IMG/VR virus record: IMGVR_UViG_3300046328_000221
Location: 1-64,000 of that record
DNA: 64,000 bases
From: a virus
Direction: 5' to 3' (one strand)
Positions 54,649-64,000 of this stretch are shown here, in pieces; the first letter of the stretch is position 1, and every line of letters starts with the position of its first letter. The notes under the pieces are model-generated. The model searched no databases. It was not told where the DNA came from and worked only from the letters and a program-made list of their open reading frames with translations. The position numbers were made by a program, and so were the translations under genes.

Positions 54649-57600
54649 ATGAGTTACGCAGGGCTTCACGTTCACACGCATTACAGTTTGTTTGACGGAA
54701 TCGCCACCCCACAGGAATATGTGGATCGTGCAGTAGCGTTGGGTATGCCAGCTATTGCAATTACTGACCATGGATCTCTATCTGGTCACCGTGAAATGTA
54801 TCGTGCTGCCAAAGAAGCAGGCATTAAGCCTATCCTTGGCCTTGAGGGGTATATTACTAAAGATCGCCTACATCACGAAGATAAAAAGGCTAACAATGAC
54901 CCACTAGATCTTAACTATAATCACCTTATTATTCTTGCTAAGAATGCCCAGGGATTAGAAAACCTAAATAGACTTAATGAAATTGGTTGGACAGAGGGCT
55001 TTTACAAAAAGCCACGTATTGACTGGAAAGTCCTAGAGCAATACAAAGAAGGTCTAATTATTACATCAGGATGTCTATCTGGTGTCCTAGCTAAGGCTAT
55101 TGAGGCAAATGAGTTTGCATATGCAAAAGACCATATCAAGTGGTGTAAAGAAACTTTCGGTGATGACTACTACATTGAGGTAATGCCACACAATCCTCCA
55201 GAGATTAACAAGGCTCTTCTTGAACTTGCAGATGAATTTGGGGTATCTCCAGTAGTAACACCAGACTGTCACCACTCAGACCCATCTCAGAAAGAAATTC
55301 AAGAGCTAAAACTAATTCTTAATACCTATTCTAATCAGGTACAAAAGGATGCCAGCTATGATGGCTCTAAGAAGTATGAAAACTTGATGGATAAGCTTGA
55401 CTACCTATATGGTGCAGATCGTCAAATGTCATTTAATAAGTTTGAGATTCACCTATTGTCAGATGCAGAGATGCGTAGTGCCATGGAAGCCCAGGGTATT
55501 GACCGTGAAGACATGTACCAGGCCACTCTTGATATCGTAGCTAAAATTGAAGACTACGACATTAAAGACCATGCAGATCTCTTGCCTGTTCAGTATAAAG
55601 ATCCAGACAAAGAGTTGTATGAACTAGCTATAGTTGGATTGGCTGATCGTGGTCTTGAAGGTAAGCAGGAATATCTAGATCGTCTAGATGAAGAACTTAA
55701 GGTAATCAAAGATAAGAACTTTGGGCCATATTTCCTTGTTGTACGAAGCATGATTGCTTGGGCTAAAAAGGAAGACATTATGGTTGGTCCAGGTCGTGGT
55801 TCTGCTGCAGGTTCGCTGCTTTGCTATGCCCTAGGAATTACAGATATTGATCCAATTCAACATGGACTTTTGTTCTTCCGTTTTATTAACCCAGAACGTA
55901 ATGACTTCCCAGATATCGATACAGATATCCAGGATTCACGTCGTGAAGAAGTAAAGGATTACCTTGTTCGTCAGTATCGCCACGTTGCTTCTATTGCAAC
56001 ATTTCTTGAATTTAAGGGCAAGGGTATGGTTCGTGATATTGCTCGTACACTTAATATTCCGCTACCAGATGTCAACAAAGTTCTAAAGCTAGTTGATGAT
56101 TGGGATGATTACTGTAACTCAAAATCAACTGCTGAGTTCCGTGAAAAGTATCCAGAGATTGAGCTATATGGCGAACAGCTACGTGGTCGTATTCGTGGAA
56201 CTGGTATTCACGCTGCAGGTGTTGTTACATCTAAGGAGCCTATCTTTAGATTTGCACCTATGGAAACTCGCACGGCACCAGGAACTAAGGAACGCATTCC
56301 AGTAGTAGCAGTAGACATGGCAGAGGCAGAGCGTATTGGTCTAATTAAAATCGATGCTCTTGGTCTAAAGACTCTATCAGTTCTTCAAGATACTCTAAAG
56401 ATTATCGAAGAGCGAGATGGCAAAAAGATTGAGCTTCTAAAGATTGATATGGAAGACAAGAATGTATACTCTATGCTATCTGACGGATATACAAAGGGTG
56501 TGTTCCAATGTGAAGCTACTCCATATACTAACTTGCTAGTTAAGATGGGTGTCAAGAACTTTGCAGAACTTGCTGCATCTAATGCTCTAGTTCGTCCAGG
56601 TGCTGCTAATACTATTGGTAAAGACTACATTGCTCGTAAGCATGGCAAGCAGAATATCTCATATCACCACCAAGTAATGAAAGCATTTACTGCTGAAACT
56701 TATGGATGTATCCTATACCAGGAACAGGTTATGCAGGCTTGTACCGAACTTGGTGGGATGACTATGGCAGAGGCCGATAAGGTTCGTAAGATCATTGGTA
56801 AGAAGAAGGATGCCCGTGAATTTGACGCATATCGTGATCAATTTGTTACTGGGGCATCTAGATTCCTACGCCCAGAGGTCGCAGAAGAGCTGTGGACGGA
56901 CTTTGAGGCCCACGCTGGGTACTCTTTCAACAAGTCTCACGCTGTGGCTTATTCGACGCTCTCATACTGGACCGCTTGGTTGAAGTACTATTACCCAATT
57001 GAGTTTATGTATTCATTGCTTAAGAATGAGAAGGATAAGGATGCTCGTACAGAGTATCTAATTGAAGCAAAGCGTATGGGTATTCCAGTTCGTCTACCAC
57101 ACATCAATGAGTCAGACATTGACTTTAAGATTGAGGGTAAGGGAATTCGTTTCGGACTATCAGCTATTAAGTTTATTAGTGATAACATTGCTAGTAAGTA
57201 TATTGCAGCCCGTCCATTTGCTTCTTATAAAGAGGTTGAAGACTTTACTTTTGGCAAGGGCAATGGAGTTAACAGTCGTGCTCTAAATGCTATGCGTGTT
57301 GTTGGTGCAGTTACTTTTGAGGATCAGCCACGTAATGATGAAGAGATTAAAGAAAATCTATACGAATACCTAAACCTACCAGAATTTAATATGTCTGTTC
57401 CTGCTCACTATCATGCATTTATTAATGATGTTGAAGAGTTTGAAGAAAAGGGAGCATACGTTATTATGGGTATGGTCAAGGGAATTAAGCGTGGTAAAGG
57501 TTGGTCACGTGTAGAAATTCTAGACAAGACTGGTAGCGTGGGTATCTTTGATGAAGAGGAAAGTTCAATTGAGGCAGGTAGAACATACATAGTCTTAGCT

Positions 57601-57921
57601 AGTGATAACAGAATTGTCTCAGCAGTTCCAGTAGATGAGATTAAAGGATCAGAATCTGGTCTAGTTAAAATTCTAAATTATCGCATGTTGCCTTTCAAAG
57701 AGGATGAACTGTTTGTGGTATCATTTAAACCTAGAATTACAAAAGCAGGAAAGAAAATGGCAGCACTAGTTTTGGCAGACGTTAGTCGTGAACTACACAG
57801 TGTCACTGTATTTCCTACAGCATTCCCTCAAGCGTACATGAGGATTCAAGAGGGAAGTGCATACAAGTTTAAGCTTGGTAAAACTAAAGATGGAACAACT
57901 ATTATGGAAGAAGTAAAATAA
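54649..57921 (+). CDS. dnaE: DNA polymerase III alpha subunit
   Basis: LHVHTHYSLFDG PHP domain, GPGRGSAAGS, PDIDTD, KIDALGL, YSFNKSHA. Confidence 0.97.
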   Translation: MSYAGLHVHTHYSLFDGIATPQEYVDRAVALGMPAIAITDHGSLSGHREMYRAAKEAGIKPILGLEGYITKDRLHHEDKKANNDPLDLNYNHLIILAKNAQGLENLNRLNEIGWTEGFYKKPRIDWKVLEQYKEGLIITSGCLSGVLAKAIEANEFAYAKDHIKWCKETFGDDYYIEVMPHNPPEINKALLELADEFGVSPVVTPDCHHSDPSQKEIQELKLILNTYSNQVQKDASYDGSKKYENLMDKLDYLYGADRQMSFNKFEIHLLSDAEMRSAMEAQGIDREDMYQATLDIVAKIEDYDIKDHADLLPVQYKDPDKELYELAIVGLADRGLEGKQEYLDRLDEELKVIKDKNFGPYFLVVRSMIAWAKKEDIMVGPGRGSAAGSLLCYALGITDIDPIQHGLLFFRFINPERNDFPDIDTDIQDSRREEVKDYLVRQYRHVASIATFLEFKGKGMVRDIARTLNIPLPDVNKVLKLVDDWDDYCNSKSTAEFREKYPEIELYGEQLRGRIRGTGIHAAGVVTSKEPIFRFAPMETRTAPGTKERIPVVAVDMAEAERIGLIKIDALGLKTLSVLQDTLKIIEERDGKKIELLKIDMEDKNVYSMLSDGYTKGVFQCEATPYTNLLVKMGVKNFAELAASNALVRPGAANTIGKDYIARKHGKQNISYHHQVMKAFTAETYGCILYQEQVMQACTELGGMTMAEADKVRKIIGKKKDAREFDAYRDQFVTGASRFLRPEVAEELWTDFEAHAGYSFNKSHAVAYSTLSYWTAWLKYYYPIEFMYSLLKNEKDKDARTEYLIEAKRMGIPVRLPHINESDIDFKIEGKGIRFGLSAIKFISDNIASKYIAARPFASYKEVEDFTFGKGNGVNSRALNAMRVVGAVTFEDQPRNDEEIKENLYEYLNLPEFNMSVPAHYHAFINDVEEFEEKGAYVIMGMVKGIKRGKGWSRVEILDKTGSVGIFDEEESSIEAGRTYIVLASDNRIVSAVPVDEIKGSESGLVKILNYRMLPFKEDELFVVSFKPRITKAGKKMAALVLADVSRELHSVTVFPTAFPQAYMRIQEGSAYKFKLGKTKDGTTIMEEVK

Positions 57922-58142
57922 TGATTACAGTATATTCAAAACCAGCCTGCGTCCAATGTGAACAGACAAAGAAACTACTAACTAAGAATGGTCTTGAGTT
58001 TGAGACTATCGATATCACAGAAGATCAATCTGCATACGATAAGATCGTAGCAATGGGCTTTCAGGCAGCCCCTGTGGTCATTACAGATGATGATGCATGG
58101 GCAGGATTTAATCCTGTTAAAATTAATGGATTGGTGGCATAA
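57921..58142 (+). CDS. nrdH: NrdH-like glutaredoxin
   Basis: MITVYSKPACVQC, QAAPVV, WAGFNP. Confidence 0.92.
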   Translation: MITVYSKPACVQCEQTKKLLTKNGLEFETIDITEDQSAYDKIVAMGFQAAPVVITDDDAWAGFNPVKINGLVA

Positions 58143-58144
58143 GA

Positions 58145-59149
58145 ATGACTACTATGGAAGAAGCTCTTGCAGCTCTAGATCCACGTATCCGCAAGCGTTT
58201 GTCAAATGGGGTAGGATTTAAGACTGAGTATCAGGCAACGCCTAGCTATGGCTTGAACCGTGCACTAAATGGCGGATTGCCTATGGGTAGACAAGTTCTG
58301 ATTTGGGGATCAAAGTCATCAGCTAAGTCATCTCTATGTCTTCAAATGATTGCTATTGCCCAGCAAGAAGGAAAGCTTTGTGCTTGGATTGATGCAGAGA
58401 TGTCATATTCTGAAGAGTGGGCAAAAGCTCTTGGGGTAGATACAGAACAACTCATTGTGTCTCAGGCACGTACTATTAATGAAATGGTAGATGTGGGAAC
58501 TAACCTGATGAATGCAGGTGTAGACCTAATTGTAGTAGACTCTATTACATCTCTTCTGCCTGCAATTTATTTTGAAAAGGATTCAGATGAACTTAAACAA
58601 TTGGAAAACACTAAGCAAATTGGTGCTGAGTCAAGAGACTTTAGTAACGCTTGGAAAATGCTTAATTACGCAAACAACAAAGTTAAGCCAACGCTTTTTG
58701 TACTTATCAGCCAATCTCGCAATAACATTAGTGCTATGTATACTAGTCAACAGCCTTCTGGTGGTCAAGCTACTAAGTTCTATTCTTCAACTGTTATTAA
58801 ACTCTTCTCGTCTGAATCAGACAACCAGGCTATTAAGGGTAAGATTGCTGTCGGAGATAAGCTTATTGAGGAAAAGGTTGGACGTAAAGTTCGCTGGGAG
58901 GTTCAGTTTTCAAAAACTTCTCCAGCTTTCCAGTCTGGTGAATACGACTTTTATTTCAGGGGCGATGTTGGCATTGATAGCGTTGGTGACCTTGTGGACA
59001 CTGCAGAACTTATGGGTATTGTTAGTCGCACTGGGGCTTGGTATATTCTCCCAGACGGCTCTAAGGTCCAGGGTAGAGAAGCTTTTGTCAACCGTGTTCG
59101 TGAAGATTTAGATCTACAGGATTCAATCAAGGCACAGGTAAATGGCTAA
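58145..59149 (+). CDS. recA: RecA/UvsX-like recombinase
   Basis: GGLPMGR, WIDAE, LIVVDS, GGQATKFYSS, GAWY. Confidence 0.9.
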   Translation: MTTMEEALAALDPRIRKRLSNGVGFKTEYQATPSYGLNRALNGGLPMGRQVLIWGSKSSAKSSLCLQMIAIAQQEGKLCAWIDAEMSYSEEWAKALGVDTEQLIVSQARTINEMVDVGTNLMNAGVDLIVVDSITSLLPAIYFEKDSDELKQLENTKQIGAESRDFSNAWKMLNYANNKVKPTLFVLISQSRNNISAMYTSQQPSGGQATKFYSSTVIKLFSSESDNQAIKGKIAVGDKLIEEKVGRKVRWEVQFSKTSPAFQSGEYDFYFRGDVGIDSVGDLVDTAELMGIVSRTGAWYILPDGSKVQGREAFVNRVREDLDLQDSIKAQVNG

Positions 59150-59321
59150 GTATACAGTATTTCACGGTCAGTTTACTTGCCACGTCTGTAAGACAGAGGT
59201 TAGCTCATTGAGATCATATCCAGATACTAAAGAATTAACCTGGATGTGCTCAGAAAAGCATCTAAGCAAAGTAAATCTGTCATATAAAAAGATTAAGAAG
59301 GACTATGAGCGAGAAAAATGA
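59142..59321 (+). CDS. small Zn-ribbon protein (CHVC...CSEKH)
   Basis: Read manually; 59 aa; overlaps both neighbours. Confidence 0.65.
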   Translation: MAKYTVFHGQFTCHVCKTEVSSLRSYPDTKELTWMCSEKHLSKVNLSYKKIKKDYEREK

Positions 59322-59598
59322 GAGTAAGAGAATAGGTGCTAAACAGCACAAAAACTCTGGTAGAGGGACTCATAAGGGCGATGCTACATGGGAAAACTTT
59401 ACAGTAGACTTCAAAGAGGTTGGTAAATCATTTACCATCAATAAGGAAGTCTGGGCAAAGGCAACAACAGATGCAATTAGAAATGGTAATGATCCAGCCA
59501 TCGTTGTTGTCATAGGATCTGAGGGTATAAAGACAAGACTTGCTTTAATAGAACTATCCTTGCTAGAACAGCTGATTAATGGTATAATAGAAGAATAA
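59305..59598 (+). CDS. PD-(D/E)xK nuclease, Holliday-junction-resolvase-like
   Basis: NSGRG..KGDA..VDFKE. Confidence 0.65.
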   Translation: MSEKNESKRIGAKQHKNSGRGTHKGDATWENFTVDFKEVGKSFTINKEVWAKATTDAIRNGNDPAIVVVIGSEGIKTRLALIELSLLEQLINGIIEE

Positions 59599-59613
59599 CA
59601 CTGGAGACAATAA

Positions 59614-59919
59614 ATGGAACATGAAACAACAACAATAGATAAAGTAAATGGTCTAACAGAAATTGCAGACTTTATGAATGACGAAGAGCTAACTCAAGCT
59701 CTTACTTTCATAGCTAAGATCATCATTAAACCAGATATTCCACTTAATGTCGCCACACTAGAAATCGTTAGACTTCAGGCAATTGCTGCAAAGATGTCTT
59801 TTAAAGCAACTTGGATGACTAACGTAGACAAAGGAGATAGAGCGAAGAAGAATATCTACTATACAGCTGCTGAGGCCATCAATGACCTAGTATCTGCATT
59901 GAAGTATATTACTCGCTAA
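59614..59919 (+). CDS. hypothetical protein
   Basis: ORF track; GGAG RBS. Confidence 0.7.
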   Translation: MEHETTTIDKVNGLTEIADFMNDEELTQALTFIAKIIIKPDIPLNVATLEIVRLQAIAAKMSFKATWMTNVDKGDRAKKNIYYTAAEAINDLVSALKYITR

Positions 59920-59926
59920 TCACATC

Positions 59927-60736
59927 ATGGCAAAAAGTTTACTACAGCAGGTTATGCTAAAGAAGATCGACAACAGTGGTCCATCTTTTATTGACAAGCA
60001 AGCACTAATTGATAAGATTCAATCTGGATACACAGTAAATCGTGTAGACAAGTTTACAACCAAAAAGACATTTGCACCTAGTACTATTGCATATTCTCAT
60101 GGAGAATGTCCTCGTTACTGGTACCTTGCTTTTACTGGTGCTAACTTTACTGATAATGCTGATGCATACGGTGGTGCTAATATGACTGCTGGTACTAAAT
60201 CACATGAGCGTATTCAGGAAGCAATGGGTAATGTCCCTGGCTTCTTAGTCGATTCAGAATTTAAGATTACTTATAATGATCCTCCAATCTTTGGATTTGG
60301 TGATGTCATGCTTAACTGGGAAGGCGAAGAACTTCTTGGTGAAATCAAGACTATGCCAAACGAAGGATTTGAATATCGTAAGCAAGCAGGGAAGCCAAAG
60401 ACTGGCCACCTTGTACAGCTACTTATTTATATGAAGATCAAGAATAAGAATAAAGCCGTATTGATTTATGAAAACAAGAATAATCACGAACTGTTGATTT
60501 TCCCTGTTGAACTTAGTCAGTACTATTTTGAGTGGGTTGAAAATGCATTTGAATGGATGCGAACAGTTCGAAAAGCTTGGGAGAATAAAGAACTTCCAAC
60601 AAAGAACTATCGCTCTAATTCTAAAATCTGTAAGACATGTCCAATTAAGGAAGCATGTGACGCAGCTGGCATTGGGGAGATCAAGATTAAATCTCTGGAG
60701 CCTATAGATGAAAACCAAGCATTGCCAGTGGTGTGA
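59927..60736 (+). CDS. Cas4-like PD-(D/E)xK exonuclease
   Basis: CPR..GTKSH..GDV..EIKT..QLLIY..CKTCP..C (Fe-S Cys pattern). Confidence 0.85.
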   Translation: MAKSLLQQVMLKKIDNSGPSFIDKQALIDKIQSGYTVNRVDKFTTKKTFAPSTIAYSHGECPRYWYLAFTGANFTDNADAYGGANMTAGTKSHERIQEAMGNVPGFLVDSEFKITYNDPPIFGFGDVMLNWEGEELLGEIKTMPNEGFEYRKQAGKPKTGHLVQLLIYMKIKNKNKAVLIYENKNNHELLIFPVELSQYYFEWVENAFEWMRTVRKAWENKELPTKNYRSNSKICKTCPIKEACDAAGIGEIKIKSLEPIDENQALPVV

Positions 60737-60998
60737 TCACACCTTTGAGACTAATATCTCATATCAAATATATTGTTCTTCTGAATGTAGAGAGTCTGCA
60801 ACCAAAGAAAAAATTGCAGCACGGTATCTACAGACTAGAAGGACTAGGCGTAGTGGGAAAAACAGGGTATGTAAATCTTGTGAGCAAAGCTTGTCTATCT
60901 ATAATGATAATGATCTGTGCTTAAACTGTGATGTAAATCCGAAAGATGTTTTAAAAGCATTGAAGGATATTAAAGGATTAGCAAATGGTAAAAATTAG
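60708..60998 (+). CDS. Zn-finger protein
   Basis: CQWC..YCSSEC..CKSC..CLNC. Confidence 0.7.
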   Translation: MKTKHCQWCDHTFETNISYQIYCSSECRESATKEKIAARYLQTRRTRRSGKNRVCKSCEQSLSIYNDNDLCLNCDVNPKDVLKALKDIKGLANGKN

Positions 60999-61560
60999 TG
61001 CTGTTAATGAAAAGCCAAAAGTAGTATGTAGTATTGATGCTAGTACTAACAGTCTGGCATTTGCCATATTCTCCGACCTTTCATTAATAAGCATTGGCAA
61101 GATCAATTTCCAGGGTACTAATACATACGCTAAAGTTGCAGATGCTGCTAAGAAAACGGTATCATTCTTTAAAGAGTTTGAAATTGATGCCATTGTGATT
61201 GAACATACAGTCTTTATGAATAGTCCTAAGACTCAGGCTGATCTAGCATTGGTTCAGGGTGCACTTTTAGGGGCAGCAAGTATCAATAATATTAAAATTG
61301 CTGGTTCAATCAATCCAATTACTTGGCAATCATATATTGGAAATAACAAGCTTACTTCTGCTGAAAAACAGGAGCTTATGAAACAGTACCCAGATAAGTC
61401 AAAAGCCTGGTATACAACCAGAGCTAGAGATATTAGGAAAATAAGAACTATAGATTTCGTAAATACATATTATGACAAAGATATATCTGATAATGATGTT
61501 GCTGATGCTGTTGGTATTGGGCATTGGGCAATTCATAATTGGGGAAAGTTGACAAAGTAG
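60985..61560 (+). CDS. RuvC-like Holliday junction resolvase
   Basis: SIDASTNS, IVIE, DNDVADAVGIG. Confidence 0.8.
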   Translation: MVKISAVNEKPKVVCSIDASTNSLAFAIFSDLSLISIGKINFQGTNTYAKVADAAKKTVSFFKEFEIDAIVIEHTVFMNSPKTQADLALVQGALLGAASINNIKIAGSINPITWQSYIGNNKLTSAEKQELMKQYPDKSKAWYTTRARDIRKIRTIDFVNTYYDKDISDNDVADAVGIGHWAIHNWGKLTK

Positions 61561-61577
61561 TATGATATAATTTTCTT

Positions 61578-62063
61578 ATGGGAAGAAAATTTTATAATGG
61601 ATATAAACAAGGGCTATGGACCATAGTTAACTATCCAGCAAAAAGCAAAAAGGCATTGATGAGATGCAGTTGTGGTTACGAAACTTGGAACTTTTTATCT
61701 AACCTATCTTCTCACAATTCTCAAGGTTGCAGAAAATGCATGTTGCAAACTCCAGCACATAGAACCTATCTTTTAGTTCTTAGAACTGCAAGCAGGAGAT
61801 CAATTAAGTGGAATATTTCAGAAGAGGCCTGGGTCACAATCTCACAACAGGACTGCTTTTACTGTGGAGCTAAGCCGTCTAATATGATTACAGAATATGG
61901 ATACCCATATAATGGATTAGACCGAATTGATTCAAATGGAATCTATGAGTTGACAAATGTAGTTTCCTGCTGTAAGATTTGCAATAGATCAAAAAGTGAT
62001 ATTACACAAGAAGAGTTTTATAGCTGGATAAGGAAAGCCTATGAGCAAATTATATCAAAGTGA
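61578..62063 (+). CDS. HNH endonuclease (probable homing endonuclease)
   Basis: CFYCG..NGLDRIDS..Y..NVVSCC..CNRSK; own leaderless promoter. Confidence 0.85.
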   Translation: MGRKFYNGYKQGLWTIVNYPAKSKKALMRCSCGYETWNFLSNLSSHNSQGCRKCMLQTPAHRTYLLVLRTASRRSIKWNISEEAWVTISQQDCFYCGAKPSNMITEYGYPYNGLDRIDSNGIYELTNVVSCCKICNRSKSDITQEEFYSWIRKAYEQIISK

Positions 62064-62193
62064 AAATTGGCTTCGTAAACGCTATTGGCTAGACAAGAAA
62101 AGTCCAGAAGATATTGCAAAAGAGTGTGGGACAAGCGTAGAGACTATCTATGTTTATCTTGCTAAATTTAAACTTAGGAGATCAAAACGATGA
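62041..62193 (+). CDS. small HTH DNA-binding protein
   Basis: Read manually; WLRKRYWLDKKSPEDIAKECGTSVETIY. Confidence 0.7.
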   Translation: MSKLYQSENWLRKRYWLDKKSPEDIAKECGTSVETIYVYLAKFKLRRSKR

Positions 62194-62444
62194 CTATATT
62201 TTTAAGAGAACCACAGGTGACTCTAGAAAATGGAAAAATTATTCAAAATGGGGATCTTATTAAGATTCGTGGAGAGTATGGACTTAGCTTTAAGTTCCAG
62301 AATCTAACTACCAATCCTAATACTGGTGCTCAATGGATTGACTGTTTTGAGATGTTTCGTGGACATGCTGGGGTACTTAGATCATTTAGATCTGATAGAA
62401 TTAAACGTATACCAAAGAGAAGAGTAAAGAAGAATGTCAACTGA
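62190..62444 (+). CDS. hypothetical protein
   Basis: ORF track; AGGAG RBS. Confidence 0.65.
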   Translation: MTIFLREPQVTLENGKIIQNGDLIKIRGEYGLSFKFQNLTTNPNTGAQWIDCFEMFRGHAGVLRSFRSDRIKRIPKRRVKKNVN

Positions 62445-62967
62445 AGCAGATTTAATTGCACATCTAGATGAAGTAAATAAGGTAGTAGAGAAATATCTAC
62501 AGGGAGCTGAACCTACACAAATATCTAAAGAGCTTGCCCTACCAAGACAAAAGGTAGTCGCTCATCTGAATGAGTGGAAGATGATGGCATCTGATAATGC
62601 TATTATTCGTGCACGTGCCAAGGAAGCTTTAGCAGGAGCAGATACTCACTACAACAAGCTAATACAAAAAGCCTATGAGGTTATGGATGATGCAACTACT
62701 ACTGCTAATCTTGGTGCTAAGAATGGTGCCATCAAACTTGTAATGGATATTGAGAAGACTCGCATCGACATGCTTCAGAAGGCTGGTCTGCTGGAGAATA
62801 AAGAACTTGCAGAAGAGATGCTAGAGATTGAACGTAAGCAAGATGTCCTTGTTGGTATCCTACGTGATATTGCATCTGAATACCCACAGATCCGTGATGA
62901 AATTATGCGTAGACTCTCTAACGTATCTAGAGAGCAGGAAGTGATCACAATTGTCAACAATGTTTAA
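62434..62967 (+). CDS. probable terminase small subunit (N-terminal HTH plus coiled coil)
   Basis: directly precedes and overlaps terminase large subunit. Confidence 0.6.
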   Translation: MSTEADLIAHLDEVNKVVEKYLQGAEPTQISKELALPRQKVVAHLNEWKMMASDNAIIRARAKEALAGADTHYNKLIQKAYEVMDDATTTANLGAKNGAIKLVMDIEKTRIDMLQKAGLLENKELAEEMLEIERKQDVLVGILRDIASEYPQIRDEIMRRLSNVSREQEVITIVNNV

Positions 62968-64000
62968 TGAGTTCTTAGAGGTTCTCAAAAATAATAATTT
63001 CGATGAGACTCCAGTAGATGCTAAAACATTTGTTGAGGGTGAGAATTATCTTGCTCAACCACCACTATCTCAAATTCAATATGACATCGTTGAGGCAATG
63101 AGTCAGATTTATAGACTTGAAGACTTGATTGATATCATGGGTGAAGAAGAGGGTAGACGTTACTATAAAAAGTATACAAAGAATGAAGTAATTCTACAGC
63201 TTGGTAAGGGTAGTGGAAAAGACTTTGTTTCTACTGTTGCTTGTGCATATATTGTTTACAAACTGCTATGCCTTAAAGACCCTGCAAGATATTTTGGTAA
63301 GCCATCTGGGGATGCTATTGATATTATCAATATTGCTATCAATGCTCAGCAGGCTAAGAATGTTTTCTTTAAAGGCTTTAAGACCAAGATTGAAAAATCT
63401 GAATGGTTTGGTGGGAAGTATAATCCAAAGGCTGAATCTATTGAATTTGATAAAGGCATTACAGTTTATTCAGGACACTCTGAACGTGAATCCCATGAAG
63501 GTCTTAACCTGATCCTTGCCGTGCTAGATGAGATCTCTGGTTTTGCTACTGAAGTTGGAACTGGAAACGAACAGGGTAAGACTGCAGACAATATCTACAA
63601 GGCTTTCCGTGCTTCTGTAGACTCTCGTTTCCCAGATCTTGGAAAAGTTGCACTACTATCTTTCCCTCGTTATCCAGGTGACTTTATTTCCCAGAGATAC
63701 GATGCTGTAATTGCAGAGAAAGAAGTTATTACAAAGCATCATAAGTTTATTATGAATGAAGATCTGCCAGCGGATGCAGAAGGTAACTCATTGGAAATTA
63801 GTTGGGATGAAGATACCATTCTTTCTTATAAGTTTCCAGGAATGTTTGCTATCAAGCGTCCTACTTGGATCGTAAATCCAACTCGTAAGATTGATGACTT
63901 TAAGCTTGCATTCTATACAGACCTTGGCGATGCAATGATGCGTTTTGCATGTGTTCCAACCTATTCATCAGATGCATTTTTTAAGCAGATAGATAAGGTT
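62960..64000 (+). CDS. terminase large subunit (truncated at window end)
   Basis: Read manually (absent from track): LGKGSGKD Walker A, AVLDEISG Walker B, LLSFPR coupling motif. Confidence 0.88.
   Translation, partial: MFNEFLEVLKNNNFDETPVDAKTFVEGENYLAQPPLSQIQYDIVEAMSQIYRLEDLIDIMGEEEGRRYYKKYTKNEVILQLGKGSGKDFVSTVACAYIVYKLLCLKDPARYFGKPSGDAIDIINIAINAQQAKNVFFKGFKTKIEKSEWFGGKYNPKAESIEFDKGITVYSGHSERESHEGLNLILAVLDEISGFATEVGTGNEQGKTADNIYKAFRASVDSRFPDLGKVALLSFPRYPGDFISQRYDAVIAEKEVITKHHKFIMNEDLPADAEGNSLEISWDEDTILSYKFPGMFAIKRPTWIVNPTRKIDDFKLAFYTDLGDAMMRFACVPTYSSDAFFKQIDKV

Noticed and set aside
54649-59149. Inteins or introns in DnaE or RecA
   Set aside because: Lengths and motif spacing are normal and no splice motifs were seen.
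59927-60736. Cas4 as part of a CRISPR-Cas system
   Set aside because: No other cas genes or array; stand-alone Cas4-like nucleases are common in phage replication modules.
16018-63512. Many antisense and alternate-frame ORFs in the track (e.g. 16127, 28051, 39779, 41999, 58572, 63201)
   Set aside because: Shadows of strongly supported genes, without RBS or motifs; 63201 overlaps the terminase frame.
1-64000. tRNA/rRNA genes, integrase, stop-codon recoding
   Set aside because: No cloverleaf or T-loop signature noticed, no recombinase motif, and genes read through in the standard code; tRNAscan-SE would confirm.

Overview
64 kb of a large, AT-rich tailed phage genome with a long tape measure gene and no sheath gene in view (siphovirus-like). 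The host is most likely an actinobacterium, inferred from DnaE/RecA/NrdH, many leaderless extended -10 promoters, AGAAAGG-type RBSs and GACAC/GlnR-like boxes. Layout: (1) 1-9.9 kb is a divergently transcribed early/host-takeover-like region of about 45 tiny ORFs, split into cassettes by eight structured non-coding islands; (2) 10-12 kb holds an Endo VII-family nuclease, micro-peptides, a possible origin and a small hairpin RNA; (3) 12-29 kb encodes fibres, Asp-box beta-propeller adhesins, an NlpC/P60 hydrolase and a glycosyltransferase/methyltransferase cluster; (4) 29-50 kb holds head and tail genes; (5) 50-64 kb holds replication/recombination genes and terminase, which is truncated at the window end. 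The most interesting signals are non-coding. (a) A promoter-driven hairpin sRNA has a loop complementary to the 9 nt directly before the start codon of the first replication-operon gene, with a GlnR/MtrA-type box over its promoter. (b) Eight TTGAC[A/T]-N15-GGTCGG elements hold most of the GATC and AGCT sites of an early region otherwise depleted of them, and are flanked by DnaA and WhiA-like boxes. (c) Eighteen copies of a TGTC-N12-TANNNT promoter class occur in the early region. All product calls come from motif recognition by eye, all counts are manual, and no database searches were run.
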